A stretch of 64,000 bases of DNA from Hemiscyllium ocellatum. Its lineage: Eukaryota. The DNA lies in contig NC_083427.1 in NCBI RefSeq assembly GCF_020745735.1, positions 3,813,438-3,877,437 of the forward strand. Reading direction: 5' to 3'. Below are positions 51,640 to 64,000 of the stretch, one piece after another (the first letter of the stretch is position 1; the number at the start of each line of letters is the position of its first letter). Made by a program: the position numbers and the translations under genes. The notes beneath the pieces are model-generated. The model saw nothing but the letters and a program-made list of their open reading frames with translations, ran no database searches and had not been told where the DNA came from.

Positions 51640-52210
51640 GGCCCCAAAACTGACCCCGGGCTCCTCTCCCGCGACCGTTGGGAGCCGACGTTCCGTCCGA
51701 TCGCCGGCGGCGCGAGGAAAATGGCGGCTTGCGCGTGCGCCTGACAAACCACCGGCCGCCTCCGGGACGCACTGCGCATACGCTCTCGCTGGCGGCGAAT
51801 GATCGACCGTCCAGTCCGGCCAGTAGCCAGCACGGGGGCGGGGCTGGAGGACCGCAGGGGACCGGTCCTCCAACCAATCGGAGTGAAGTGGGGGCGGGTC
51901 TACCGTGCGCGACGTCTGGCCGCTTGCCAGAACTAACGCGACTGTAAAAGTGCAATAATAATGGAGAGGGGAAACGAAAGGACGCTCGTTTCGGTTGGAA
52001 GATTTCATAAACATCCGGTGTACTTTCCCATGTCTGAATTAGAAACGACCAGTGCCGTGTTTGAGGCAAAGAGGAAGAAAAACGGGCTGCGGGCCTCAGG
52101 TGGTGACAGGCCCGTTTGCCGCCGCCATATTTGTTAGGGGCGAGATTTGGCGACACACGGCCGCAGGCGCCATCTTTGTCGGGGGCGAGTTGCAGCAGGG
52201 TGTCCTTCAT
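51640..52210. promoter_or_regulatory. CpG-island promoter P5, probably bidirectional
   Basis: Core GC box-GGAGGACC-N10-GGTCCTCC-CCAAT-GC box at 51834-51898. Plus YY1 pair at ~52123 and 52168. Minus YY1 site AAAATGGCGG at 51718 and minus donor GG|GTCAGT at ~51654. Confidence 0.75.
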
Positions 52211-52828
52211 TTTCAGCCTTTGGTGGTGGGTAAGTGATTCTGAAAGATGGGATTTACTTGCATTTGGAGAGGCAAGTAGTGGGTGGTCAGCATGGCTTTG
52301 TGCGAGGGGAATCGTGTCTCACAAACTTGAATGTGTTTTTTTTGGGAAAGTTAGAAATCACACAACACTTGGGTTATTTCGAAGCCCCAGCTCTCAGGGC
52401 GCTGCTCCTTCATCAGGTAACTCATGGGGCAGAATCATAAATACAGAATTTATTGCAAAACATTACAGTGTCATGCAATTAAAAACATAGAACATGATAC
52501 ATAGATACATTGAACAAACCTAGATTGCTGTTAAGTCTGTCATCTTTTAGACTGGGTTGCAGGTGTCGATTCATGAACATCTTACATTATATTTTTGCTC
52601 AAAAAGCACACAACCTGCAGACAATCAATCTATATAACATTCTATCCATTCCTACTTTGGAAATAGAACCTGTGTGACTCAAGGTTGTGATACAGACAGA
52701 CTCTAAACTCACACATTTCAGAGATTGTCTGAGCTGAGATATCACTTTTTAAATAAAACCTTAAGTTATGTCAAGAATGTGGCTTAAAAGAAGCACTGGG
52801 ATTTACGTATTAATGAACTGAAACTTGC

Positions 52829-53162
<334 letters not shown>

Positions 53163-53279
53163 TTGGATTTTGATATTAATTACATCCAGTAATGATGTAT
53201 GCTCTTGGTCCACCTCTGCTGATGTTAGTAAACTCCACCCCTTGTATGAGGGCCAGTAAATGTCAAATATGGATTTGTA

Positions 53280-55230
53280 GGATCACGTTCACAATGAGAG
53301 AAACTATTTGGTCCTTTGAGCCTTCCCTGCCATCTGATGCGATCACGGCTGATCATCCAACTCAGTGTCCTGTTCCTGCTTTCATCCTATGTTGTCTGAT
53401 CCCTCGAGTCCAAAAAACTGTATCTATCCTCTTGAAAGTATTCAATGTTTTAGCTCCACAGTGGAGTTCTGTGGCAGAGATTTCCACAGGTTTGCCACTA
53501 CCTGGGTGAAGAGATTTCTGCTCACCTCAATCTTACACCGCCTATCCTATATCCTGAACCTTAATCCCTGCTTGTGGGCACTTCGGTCATTGGGAAACCC
53601 TTGTGTTTACCCTGTCTTGCCCTGTTAGACATTAGTAGGTTTCCATGAGAACCACTCCACCTCCCCAGTCTTCTGAACTCCAATGAATATGGTCCTAACC
53701 GATGCAATCCCTCTTCATACATCAGTTCTGCCATACCAGAACGTTAGTTTATTTTACTCCCTCAGATCCAGAAAATCTTCCCTCAGATAAAGGAGACCAA
53801 AACTGCATTCAGTATTCCAGCTGTGGTCTCACCAAGACCCTGCACAATTGCAGCAAGATATCCCTGATCCTATCCTTGAATCTCCTGACTACTAAGAACA
53901 ATATAGCATTTGCCTCCTTCACTGCCTGCTGTACCTGCGTATTTACCTTCAGTGACTGGTGTACAAGGACACCCAGGTCTCAGGTACCTCCTAACATCTC
54001 CCCCAATCACCATTCAAATAATAATCTGCCTTTCTGTTTTTGTGACTAAAACAGATAAGCTCGCATTTATCCAGATTATACTTAACTGATCATGCATTTG
54101 ACTATTTACTCAATTCATCCAAATCACACTGAAACATCACTGTAGCCTCCTCGGTTTGCCCTCCCAATTATCTTTGAATTGCCTGCAAACTTGGAGAAAC
54201 TATATTTTGTTCCCTCATCAAAATCATTCATATTTTTGTGAACAGTTGGAGTCCAATCGCCGATCCCTGTGGTACCCCACTCATCAGTGACTGCCACTTG
54301 AAAAAAGACCCATTTATTCCAACTCCTTGTTTCCCGTCTGCCAAACCAGTTCTCTATCTGCGTCAGTACAGTATCCGAATCCTATGCGCTTCAGTTTTAC
54401 ACGCTAATCTCTTATGTGGTCTCTCATTGAAAGCCTTCTGAAAGTCCAGGTAAACTGTATCCACTGCCCCTCCTCTTATCGGTCGAAACATTTCAGTGAA
54501 TTTGTCAAACTTGATTTCCCTTTCATAAATTCCATTCTAACTCTGGCCAATCCTATCACCAATATCAAAATGCTCTGTTTTTAAATTGTTTATAATGGAC
54601 TCTTACGTTTTCTGCACTACTGATTTCAGGCTAACCAATCCATACCTCCTCTACCTCCTTTAAGTAGTGACGTTGTATCAGCTACATTCCAATTCATAGG
54701 AAATTCCAGCGTCTCTAGATTCTTAAAGAAAGGGCACGGTGGCTCAGTGGTTAGCACTGCTGCCTCACAGCGCCAGGGACCCGGGTTCAATTCCCACCTT
54801 GGGCAACTGTCTGTGTGGAGTTTTCACGTCCTCCCCGTGTCTGCGTGGGTTTCCTCCGGATGCTCCAGTTTCCTCCCACAGTCCAAAGGTGTGCAGGTCA
54901 GGTGAATTGGTCATGCTAAATTGCCCAAAGTGTTAAGTGCATTAGCCAGAGGGAAATGTAGGGTAATGGGTCTGGGTGGGTTGCTCTTCGGAGGGTCGGT
55001 GTGGACTTGTTGGGCCGAAGGGCCTGTTTCCACACTGTAGGGAATCTAATCTAATCTAATCATCCACTAAATCTTGGGCTGCTTCCTTAGGTACTCTGTG
55101 ATGTAGGTGATCGCATCTTGGAGATTTATCAGCCTTCAATATCATCAATATCCCCCAGGCTATTTTCCTACTGATACTGATTTCCTTCAGTTCCTCCATC
55201 TCACTAGATCCTGTATTCCGGACTGTTTGT
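53280..55230 (-). mobile_element. CR1-clade LINE fragment (second subfamily) with nested HE1 SINE at 54731-55060 (+)
   Basis: Minus-strand RT motifs (KADKSP..D.LH.RV.KE, DFQKAF). SINE with (CTAAT)n tail. Confidence 0.75.
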
Positions 55231-55696
55231 GGAGCGTTATTCTTTCTCGGAAAGAATTTCTGCTGTCTCTCCCGATTTATCCCGAGAAACCCCAGTGCTA
55301 TTGCTGCCCCACCATCCTCCCTGCCTACCCTCTCCAATCAACTCTGGCCAGCTCTTCCCTCATGTCGTCACAGTTTCCTTTACTCAATTAGAATACCATT
55401 GCATCCGATTACAGCTTCTCCCTGTCAAACTGCGGGGTGAATTCTATCACGTTATGATAATTGCCACCAAGGGTTCCTTCACTTTACGCACCTAATCGAG
55501 TCTGTCTCATGACACACCACTATTGCCTGTTCCCGAGAGAGTTCTGTCTCATGGACATTCCACATTCTGCTACCAACCTGATTATCCCAGTCCGTCTGCA
55601 TATCGAAGATGCATGTGAGTCACAGAGATGTCCAGCAGGGAAACAGAGCCTTCGGTCCAACTCCTTCCTGCCGACCAGACAGCCCGAGTTAATTTA

Positions 55697-55921
55697 CGTC
55701 CCCAGGTTACGAACGAGTTCAGTTTTTTTTGCGCTGTTCGTTACACCAAATTTGTGAGGAAGTCGGAACAGATACGGGCTAATTAATCCACCCGTTCATT
55801 ACGACGAAACATTGTATGTGACTCGGATATTTTAAAATAATCTTTGAAAATGAGAAGCCAAAGGTTGGTTTGTAGCATGGGATGTTTGTAAGACGGGCGT
55901 TCATAACCCAGGGACTCCCAG
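55697..55921. mobile_element. Tigger-like MITE inside a CR1 3' end (CR1 continues to ~56450, -)
   Basis: GTCCCAGGTTACGAAC ... GTTCATAACCCAGGGACTCCCAG|TA imperfect TIRs; CR1 3' UTR is contiguous across it. Confidence 0.5.
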
Positions 55922-56566
55922 TAGTCCCATTTGCCAGCATTTGTCCCATATCCCTCTAAACCCTTCCTCTTCACATACGCATCCAGATGCCTTTTAATTG
56001 TTGTAATTGTACCAGCCTCTAGCACTTCCTCTGGCAGCTCATTCCATACACACACCACCCTCTGCATGGAAAAGTTGCCCTTTCGGTCCCTTTTATATCT
56101 TTCCCCTCTCATCTTAAACCTAAACGCTCTAATTTTGGACTCCCCTACCCTGGGGAAAAGGCCTTGACTATTCACCTTATCCATGCCCTCAAGATTTTAT
56201 AAACTTCCATAAGGTCATCCCTCAGCCGCCGATGCTCCAGGGAAAATAACCCCAACCTATTCAGCCTCTCCCTGTAGCTCATACCCTCCAACCTTGGCAA
56301 CATCCTTGTAAATCTTTTCTGCCCACTTTCAGGTTTAATAACATCTTTCTTACAACAGGGAGACCAGAATTGAATGAAGTATCCAAGAAGTGGCCTCACC
56401 AATGACCTGTACAGCTGGGACATGACCTCCCAATTCCTATACTCAATGTGCGGACCAATTTACTTGCCTTCCTTATATGCTTTTCGTATCTCGTGATTTA
56501 TTTTCTGCCCCACATCCTGATGAATGCTCAGAGGTTTATACATAACTTCCATCAGGATCTTTTGCA

Positions 56567-56880
56567 GATCAGATTAGATTCCCTGCAGTGTGGAAACAGG
56601 CCCTTCGGCCCAACCAGTCCACACCGACCCTCCAAAGTGTAACCCACCCAGACCCATTTTCCTCTGACTGATGCACCTAACCCTATGGGCAATTTAGCAT
56701 AGGCAATTCACCCTGAACTGCAGATCTTTGGACTGTGGGATGAAACTGGAGCATCCGGAGGAAACCCACACAGACACAGGGAGAATGTCCAAACTCCACA
56801 CAGACAGTTGCCCGAGATGGGAATCGAACCCGGGTCCCTGGCACTATGAGGCAGCAGTTCTAACCACTGAGCCACCTTGC
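56567..56880 (-). mobile_element. HE1-like V-SINE
   Basis: Family sequence. Confidence 0.85.
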
Positions 56881-59215
56881 CAGGAATTCTCATTCCTGAT
56901 TTTCAAATTCCTACCAATCTCCAATCCCCTCCAGCCTCACAAACCTTCTGAGCTCTGTACTCTGTAGCGGCACAACCGCCCGATTTATTTTCTGCTCCAC
57001 ATCCTGACTCCTGCTTGGAGGCCTGTACATAACTCGCATCAGGATCCTTTGCGGTTCTTCAGATTCTACACCTTCCATATCTTGGGTTTCTCTTTTCCTG
57101 TCCTCCTGAATATTGTGGATTTTAATTACTTCACCATTGGTGACCGTATCATAGAATCATACACCATGTAAACAGACCCTTTGGTCCAACAGTCCATGTC
57201 GACCGTGTTCCTAATCTAAACTAGTCCTGCTTGCCTGTGTTTGGCCTGTATTCCCTCCAAACATTTCTATTCAAGTACTTACCCAAATATCTTTTAAATG
57301 TTGTAGCTGTACCTGCATCCACCACTTCCTCTGGCAATTCATTGCACATACTTGCTATGTAAAAACATTGCCCCTCAGGACAACTTTTCTCCTCTCACCA
57401 TAAAAAATGCCCCCTAGTTTTGGATTTCCCCCACCCTACGAAAGAGACCCTTGTTACTCATCTTATCAACACCTCTCATGATTTTATAAACCTCGATAAA
57501 GTCACCCCTCTGCCTCCTACGCTCCAGTGAAAAACGTCCCAGTCTATCCAACCTGGTTTTATGACCCAAAAGCTCCTGTTTCCAGTTCCAAGGCCGTTTG
57601 CTTTGGAATTTAGTCCCTAGAACATTCTGTCTCTGAACCTCATTTACAGTAAACCCAGAAACCCCTGTCTTGCTCACAGTTGTTTTGCGACAGGCCCTAA
57701 CCTCTCCACCTTGTCAAATGTTAATTTCTGGGGAACATCTTGGCATATTCTATGAAAAGTGCTATTTAAATACAAATTGTTGATTTCTACATATGTCACT
57801 GCTTCTTCATCGCTAGGTGAATAACCTGTAACTGTCTACCCATTGTGGGAGCATCTTCACCATACGTATGAATTCGGGAAGGTCAAACATCCATAGTCGA
57901 CTGGGAATTGCTAACTTTCTGCTGTATCTCTTGTTGGGGCTACCTGTTCCTCAGAGACACAAAATGACTGGAATTTTAGGAAAAAAAGCTTGCTTCAGCA
58001 GTTTAGCGAAAACAATAGTGCCTTTGAGAAGGGGCCTTTCCAAGGCAAAAGGGAGCATTATCTAAACAAGAAATATTTAAGGATGTACATTTCAATGATT
58101 TGTAACAAAACACAGAAGAAACAATGAAATTGTAACTTATGAAAAACATTGAAAAATCACTAAACTACAGCAAGTAATTAATGCTAGTTTCGTTAAGAAT
58201 GTATTCAACCATAAAAACAACATAACTTTAAAACCTTATAATGAAAGCACCAAGGCAAAGCATGAAAGAGATGCCTGGCTTATCTTGTTTGATTAGCTAA
58301 AAACTGTTTACAGTAGAAATAATTTTAAAAATTATAGTATTATTAATATTGAGTTTCTATAACAGCATCAACTTACTTTATAAGTGGGAATGGAATTTGA
58401 TAGAGTACAATGAATTCAGGCAGTCCTTAGAGATAAACGATCAGGGACATGCCCAAAATAGAACAGCCAGTAACTTTGGAATGCAACATTGAAAGATCCC
58501 AAGGCCTTGCAATTATAAGAATTGTTAAAAATCATAAAAAAACTAAGGAAACATAGGGCTGTCCATAGGGGTGTCCACGTTGATCAGGTGTTTTACATAT
58601 TTTGGTAGTAGGGAAAAAGAGGAGGGAATAATGTTGTAACAAGAAATGTATATAAATTCTAATTTTCACTGTAAAAATGAGTGTATGTCATTGATCTCTC
58701 TTCCAATCTGAGCTACACATCGTGTTCTCACATTCGAAGCTAGGTTCGGGGAAGATTCTTGAGCCTCTCCCTGCACTAACTGATTATTCTTTGAATAAAA
58801 GTCCACCACTTGCCTGAATCATGTCAGCTTCCTGAGTCTTTGTCCCCATTTACACCTTTGAAGCAAAATTAATGTTTCGTGATACGCAGAATGAATTATC
58901 AGGTAAAAAATAACCGTACAGAATGAGATTGTCAATACCAACTCAAAATGGAAGGGAAACTGACTCTAGCACAGGAGAAACAACGAAAGATTGCATGGGA
59001 GCACATGGCTCAGGAGCTGATCAGCAGTGGAAAGTCTTTCAGACACAGTTGGGAACCGTAACAGTTAAAAGTCAAACCTATAACAGTGAACGAACGGTAG
59101 GTCAGGATGATATGTGGCTTGGAGAGAATTGTGCAGATGATAATGGTCTTATGCTGCCTTTGTCATTCTCAGTGATAGAGGTCATGGGTTTGGAGCCAGG
59201 GTGAGTTACTGTATT

Positions 59216-59422
59216 AAAAGTGAATTACTGCGGATGCTGGAATCTGAAACCAAAAGAGTAAAAATGCTGGAAAATCTCAGCAAGTCTTGCAGCATCTGTA
59301 AGGAGAGAAAAGAGCTGACAAAGCTTTGACAAAGTGTCAGTTAGACTCGAAACGTCAGCTCTTTTCTCTCCTTACAGATGCTGCTGCAAGACTTGTGAGA
59401 TTTTGCAGCATTTTCTCTTTTT
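59216..59422. mobile_element. Fold-back element (family 3) with perfect 14-bp TSD
   Basis: TGAGTTACTGTATT at 59202-59215 and 59423-59436. Inverted arms. Central AGCT-TTGACAA-AGTGTC-AGTTA-GACTC-GAAACGTC-AGCT hammerhead-like variant. Confidence 0.8.
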
Positions 59423-59819
59423 TGAGTTACTGTATTGTTGGGAGATGCGCCAGTTCAGTTAACTGGAGAGTACTTCATCACACTCCGAGCATGTTCCATT
59501 CCCTAGTGACAACATCCTGCGGATTCTCCATTGTGCTGCTTACCATTTCTACCCAATCAGCCAGTGCTCTCCATGCCTTGACTCTGACTGTGAAAAAGTT
59601 GGCTCTCCCATCATGTTCTTTTGTCTGTTATAAACGGACAAAGCTTTTCTTTTGTAGATTGACACTAACTAACCCGCTTTGGCAAGCTTCTATCAAATCT
59701 CCTTCTCCTTCTCCTCTCCTGGGAGAACAGCACCAACTTCTTTCATCTATCCTAATAGCTGAAGTTCTTCATTTTTGCTGGAACCATCCTTGCTCAGCTG
59801 TATCCAAAAAAAATTGACA

Positions 59820-60450
59820 GCTTGATGGGCAGCAAGCTCCTCCCAGTCAATGCAACACGTTGCTATTGACAAATACGGCGGCTCTATGAGTGCATTAAGG
59901 TCGAGCTTTTCCTCCCTTTATCCCATCTTAAGCTCCAACTCATTTTCCTACCACCCTCCCTGTCCCCTCTGCCTCCATTGAACAGGACAAGCTCCTTCAA
60001 CCAATCGGGGTGGGGCTAACGTCCAGCCACGTGATGCCCGCGCATGCGCGTTACTGCGGCGACCGCGGTCTGGCCGAACGCCGCTGCTGCTGCAGGCGAC
60101 GGTAAAGAGGGAGTTCGAGCAGACAACGAAATGAAGACAGTGTGGACTAAGAACTTGCGTAAATGTCCGCTGTAGGTCCCCCCCCCGGAATAGAGTTAGC
60201 AAACTCCCTGCCCCGCGTTTGCGGTAAACGACTCCGGGCCGAAGGCGGTGACAGGCTCCGGTTGCCGCGGCCATCTTTGTCAGGGGCACCTGCCGCGGGC
60301 TGTATTTGTAGACGCCATCTTTGTAGGGGGCGAGCTGTGGCAGAGCGCATGCTCTGCTGTCCTTCACTGACAGAGCAGTGGAGTGTTTACATACAGCAAA
60401 CTCAAAACCAAGAGAAATCTTGGTCTGTTCTCGATTTCTGTTGTGTACTG
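59820..60450 (+). promoter_or_regulatory. CpG-island promoter/first exon P6 of gene F
   Basis: CCAATC-GGGGTGGGGC at 60001, CGCATGCGCG at 60041, candidate donor ACG|GTAAAG at ~60102, GGCGGTGACAGG, YY1 pair at ~60270 and 60313. Confidence 0.75.
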
Positions 60451-60862
60451 ACAGAAGCATTTTTTTTGTCAACTCTCTTTGCAGGATATTAAATTTGTAG
60501 CCTGGAAACTCAAAGATATTACTCCATCAAGATCTGATATGATGTCAGAGCAGAAGTCCAAGTAACTCGATTCGTCAGCACTTGAATATCTCTGGCCTTT
60601 TACCGTGGAGGGGAAAAGGTTTCTCTGTACTTTGATGGGGTAAGGTTTCAGGACTGTGTGTGACTGAATAGACTGAGGCATTGTTCAATATCCTGTTTAA
60701 ATCACACCTGGAGCATGTACTCAGTTCTGGGCACTGCACCTGAGGAAGTACAAACATTACTGTCCTTGGAGGATGCACAGATAAGATTTATCCGAATAAT
60801 ACCTGGAGTCTAGCAGTTGAATTATGAGGCAAGGTAAAACATAGGCAGCACACGTTCATTAT

Positions 60863-61048
60863 TAAAAGTCACACAACACCAGGTTATAGTCCAACAGGTT
60901 TATGTGGAAGCACTAGCTTTTGGGTGATCAAGGAGCAGTGCTCCGAAAGCTAGTGCTTCCAAATAAACCTGTTGGACTATAACCTGGTGTTGTGTAATTT
61001 TTAACTTTGTATAGCCCAGTCCAACACCAGCGTCTCCAAATCATGACT
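60863..61048. mobile_element. Fold-back element (family 2), centre collapsed
   Basis: CACAACACCAGGTTATAGTCCAACAGGTTTA / TAAACCTGTTGGACTATAACCTGGTGTTGTG. Flanks AC(G/A)TTCATTAT. Confidence 0.75.
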
Positions 61049-61256
61049 ACATTCATTATGACATAGAACAAATGCATTAAGCCTACCAAGTTCATCTTTT
61101 GTAAAACAGTCTGAATCATTGTCCATAAATATTTGAAGTAGTGCTCTGCACACCCTGCTCCATATTATTAATATGTATCTGGCTAAAGATGGATCCTTGT
61201 ATGAATGCCTGTGGAACTCCAATAGAAATCTTCCTCTGGCCCAAAATCATTCGTGG

Positions 61257-61650
61257 CTACATTTACCCCTTACCTAACACTACGGGCAATTTAGCATGGC
61301 CAAGTCACCTGACCCGCACATCTTTGGACTGTGGGAGGAAACCCACGCAGACACGGGGAGAACGTGCAAACTCCACATAGTCAGTCGCCTGAGTCGGGAA
61401 TTGAACCCGGGTCTCAGGCGCTGTGAGGCAGCAGTGCTAACCACTGTGCCACCGTGCCGCTCACAATCTGAACATGCGCAGGTTAGGTGAATTGGTCATA
61501 CTAAAATTGCCCATAGTGTTCAGGGATGTATAGGTTAGGTACATTAGTCAGGGGTAAATGTAGAATCATAGGGTTGGGGAATGGATTACTGTTCGGAGGG
61601 TCGGTGTGGACTTGTTGGGCCGAAGGGCCTGTTTCCACACTGTAGGGATT
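61257..61650. mobile_element. Two fused, oppositely oriented HE1 SINE halves
   Basis: Minus copy (head at ~61459, tail missing) abuts a plus copy lacking its head (61460-61650). Confidence 0.8.
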
Positions 61651-63126
61651 CTTTTTACAAAAAAAGTGTTGCGTTCAGCACAGCCAACACATTTTCTCAC
61701 TCTTAGCTTTTGTTATCTCTTATTCAATTCTTCATCTGACCTGGCCTGCTATCAATTAATCAATTATCTTCTTCCTTGTTTTCTCTCTCTCTCTCTCTCT
61801 CTCTCTGTGCTCTGTCTCCACCTATCTGCTCACTCCCACCCCAATCCCATCACCGAACCTCTTCAACTAATGCAACCACCAGTCTTTCCCACTGCTGACA
61901 GTTAGGGTGAAGAATCACTGGACTCAAAATGTTAACGCGGCTTCCTTTCCACAGACCCGGCCAGACCTGCTGAGGCTTCTCAGCAATTTCTGTTTTTGCT
62001 TGTGTTCTCCAGCATCAGCAGTTCTCTGATTTATTTGACCAATCGATTTCTCCCAACCTTTCATCCCTGAAGTGAATATCTGTCCCGAACATGAAAGGTG
62101 GAACTGAGAACCTGCACCCATTGCAGATGGCACCTCCTTAATGTCAGCTGGCTGCAACAGGACTACTGTTAGCATCTGATGTCCACCCTCAAGTTGTGAG
62201 GATGTCAGCCTGCCTTGGTGTAGACCTGCATGTGGTGTCTCGATCTACAGTTCCTCAATCCTAGGGGATTGCAGAGGAGAGTCTCTTAGTGCAGCACAGA
62301 GACATCGATAAACTCATTCCTGCATTCAACAAGTGCAGACTCTCCCAGCATTACCTGTGAATTACAACTGAGATCGAGCAGGATTTAGTTTGTGTACAAA
62401 ATGTACGTTTGTAAGAATATTCCCCCCTCCCCCCAACCACTATTGAGAGGACGGTTCTGTCTTAGATTGAAGCAACAACCGTCCAGACTGCTGCCAGTTT
62501 CTTACCGTAAGACTTCATTATTCTTGAGCTCAAACTTGCATAAAATGAATGATAACAGGTTGGCTAGCTTTTGAATTGTTCCCAAAATATACGTGCTGTG
62601 TTCCTTGCAACCGCGTAATCGTACCTTTGTGACAGACAACTGTCCTTTGCACTGATGTGTTTTTGTCTGTGTCCTAATTTCATCACCTATTCGCAGTAAA
62701 TGCAGCCGTTTATAAAAGTCCCTCTCCTTCACCCTGACCTCTACCACCACCACCACCACTACCACTTCCTTTGTTCCCAGTGCTTCTACTGAAGCCTGGG
62801 TCTTGTGCCAGCCCACAACGGGTTGGCAGCTTTGCTTTGCTGTGCTGGTGGGCACATAGTGACGTGAGTGGTGCTGAAGACATCCTAGCAGCAGCGCTTG
62901 TGGTCTGTTCCGTTCTATGGCATTAACCCCACAGATTGACTCCGCTCCAATGCACCTTTTGTGCCTGGCAGTTTTGTGGTTGTGGATACTGTCTCATCTC
63001 AGTTTCTTTTTCCCCTGTTTAAGCGATTTGCGCAGGAGTTGCAGCCAGATACAGTGCGAAGGCCAGATCAGGATCTGACCCCATCCGTCCGGCCTTTGGT
63101 AACCTGAATGTCGCTGGGTTTTGAAC

Positions 63127-63921
63127 ATGGACGGACAAAGCCCCACTCGCAGTGGGGAGCGATTGTACATGTGTCCGGTGTGCAGGCGAGGCTTCAGACA
63201 GTCGTCTGCTCTGTCGAGGCACAAGCGCAGTCACGGCGTGCAGAAACCGTGGAAGTGCGGGGACTGTGGGAAGGGATTCATTTCCCCGTCAAAGCTGGAG
63301 ACTCATCGGCGGACTCACACCGGGGAGAAGCCCTTCACCTGCCCCGAGTGTGAAAAGGGATTTGCGGACTCCTCGGCTCTCCTGAGGCACCGGCGCACCC
63401 ACACCGGGGAGCGGACGTTCACCTGCTCCGACTGTGGGGAGGGGTTCACCCGCTCGTCCACCCTGCTGGCTCACCATCGGGTTCACACTGGGGAGAGACC
63501 GTTCACCTGCTCCATGTGCGGGAAGGGGTTCACTCAGCTGTCCAACCTGCTGACCCACCAGCGGGTGCACACCGGAGAGAAGCCGTTCGCCTGCGCCGAG
63601 TGCGGGAAGGGATTCGCCGATTCATCCGCCCTGCTGAGGCACAAGCGAGTCCACACCGGGGAGAGGCCGTTCACCTGCTCCGAGTGCGGGAAGGGCTTCA
63701 TTCAGTCGTACAACCTGCAAATACACCAGCGCACGCACACCGGGGAGAGACCGTTCACCTGCACGGTGTGTGGGAAAGGATTTACTGACTCGTCCAGCCT
63801 GCTGACACACCAGCGGGTGCACACCGGGGAGAGGCCGTTCACCTGCTCCGAGTGCGGGAAGAGATTCACCCGTTCGTCCAACCTGCTGACCCACAAGCGG
63901 GTTCACGGTCACCCGCAGTGA
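63127..63921 (+). CDS. C2H2 zinc-finger protein F (9 fingers)
   Basis: Intact ORF, ATG at 63127 (aacATGg), acceptor TTGCGCAG at ~63035. Confidence 0.92.
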   Translation: MDGQSPTRSGERLYMCPVCRRGFRQSSALSRHKRSHGVQKPWKCGDCGKGFISPSKLETHRRTHTGEKPFTCPECEKGFADSSALLRHRRTHTGERTFTCSDCGEGFTRSSTLLAHHRVHTGERPFTCSMCGKGFTQLSNLLTHQRVHTGEKPFACAECGKGFADSSALLRHKRVHTGERPFTCSECGKGFIQSYNLQIHQRTHTGERPFTCTVCGKGFTDSSSLLTHQRVHTGERPFTCSECGKRFTRSSNLLTHKRVHGHPQ

Positions 63922-64000
63922 CTGGGTTTTGATCTTCATCACACCCCGGACTGAACCACGTTCATGGACTGGTGCTGCTGATGTTGGTAAACTCCTGCCC

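Noticed and set aside
50695-51833. Long ORFs of 349, 364 and 262 aa (extensin/mucin-like)
   Set aside because: These are by-products of a stop-free 39-bp C-rich minisatellite that is open in several frames on both strands.
52091-52145. CTCF-like words (CCTCAGGTGGTG, TAGGGGGCG) in the promoter arm
   Set aside because: Only partial matches that lack the full CCASYAGRKGGC core; not supportable without a motif scan.

Overview
This is eukaryotic, repeat-dense genomic DNA, almost certainly from a cartilaginous fish (shark-type HE1/V-SINEs, CR1 LINEs, Penelope relics). The window holds a cluster of KRAB-less, effector-less tandem C2H2 zinc-finger genes. Six ORFs are intact (9-16 fingers, one coding exon each; labelled A-F here), and there is one pseudogene plus several decayed exon copies. 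Each gene is linked to a CpG-island promoter from one homologous family. That family has a core of GC-box, GGAGGACC-N10-15-GGTCCTCC inverted repeat and CCAAT, and an arm carrying paired extended YY1 sites. The orientation of these parts suggests an ancestral bidirectional promoter/head-to-head gene pair that was duplicated repeatedly; in one copy the core is amplified into a tandem array. The proteins share a near-invariant N-terminal finger pair and a recurring atypical two-finger cassette. Between the genes are many Penelope-derived short fold-back elements with 11-15 bp target-site duplications, carrying minimal type I hammerhead ribozyme motifs at their centre. All alignments were made by eye; repeat boundaries are approximate (about +/-10-30 bp).
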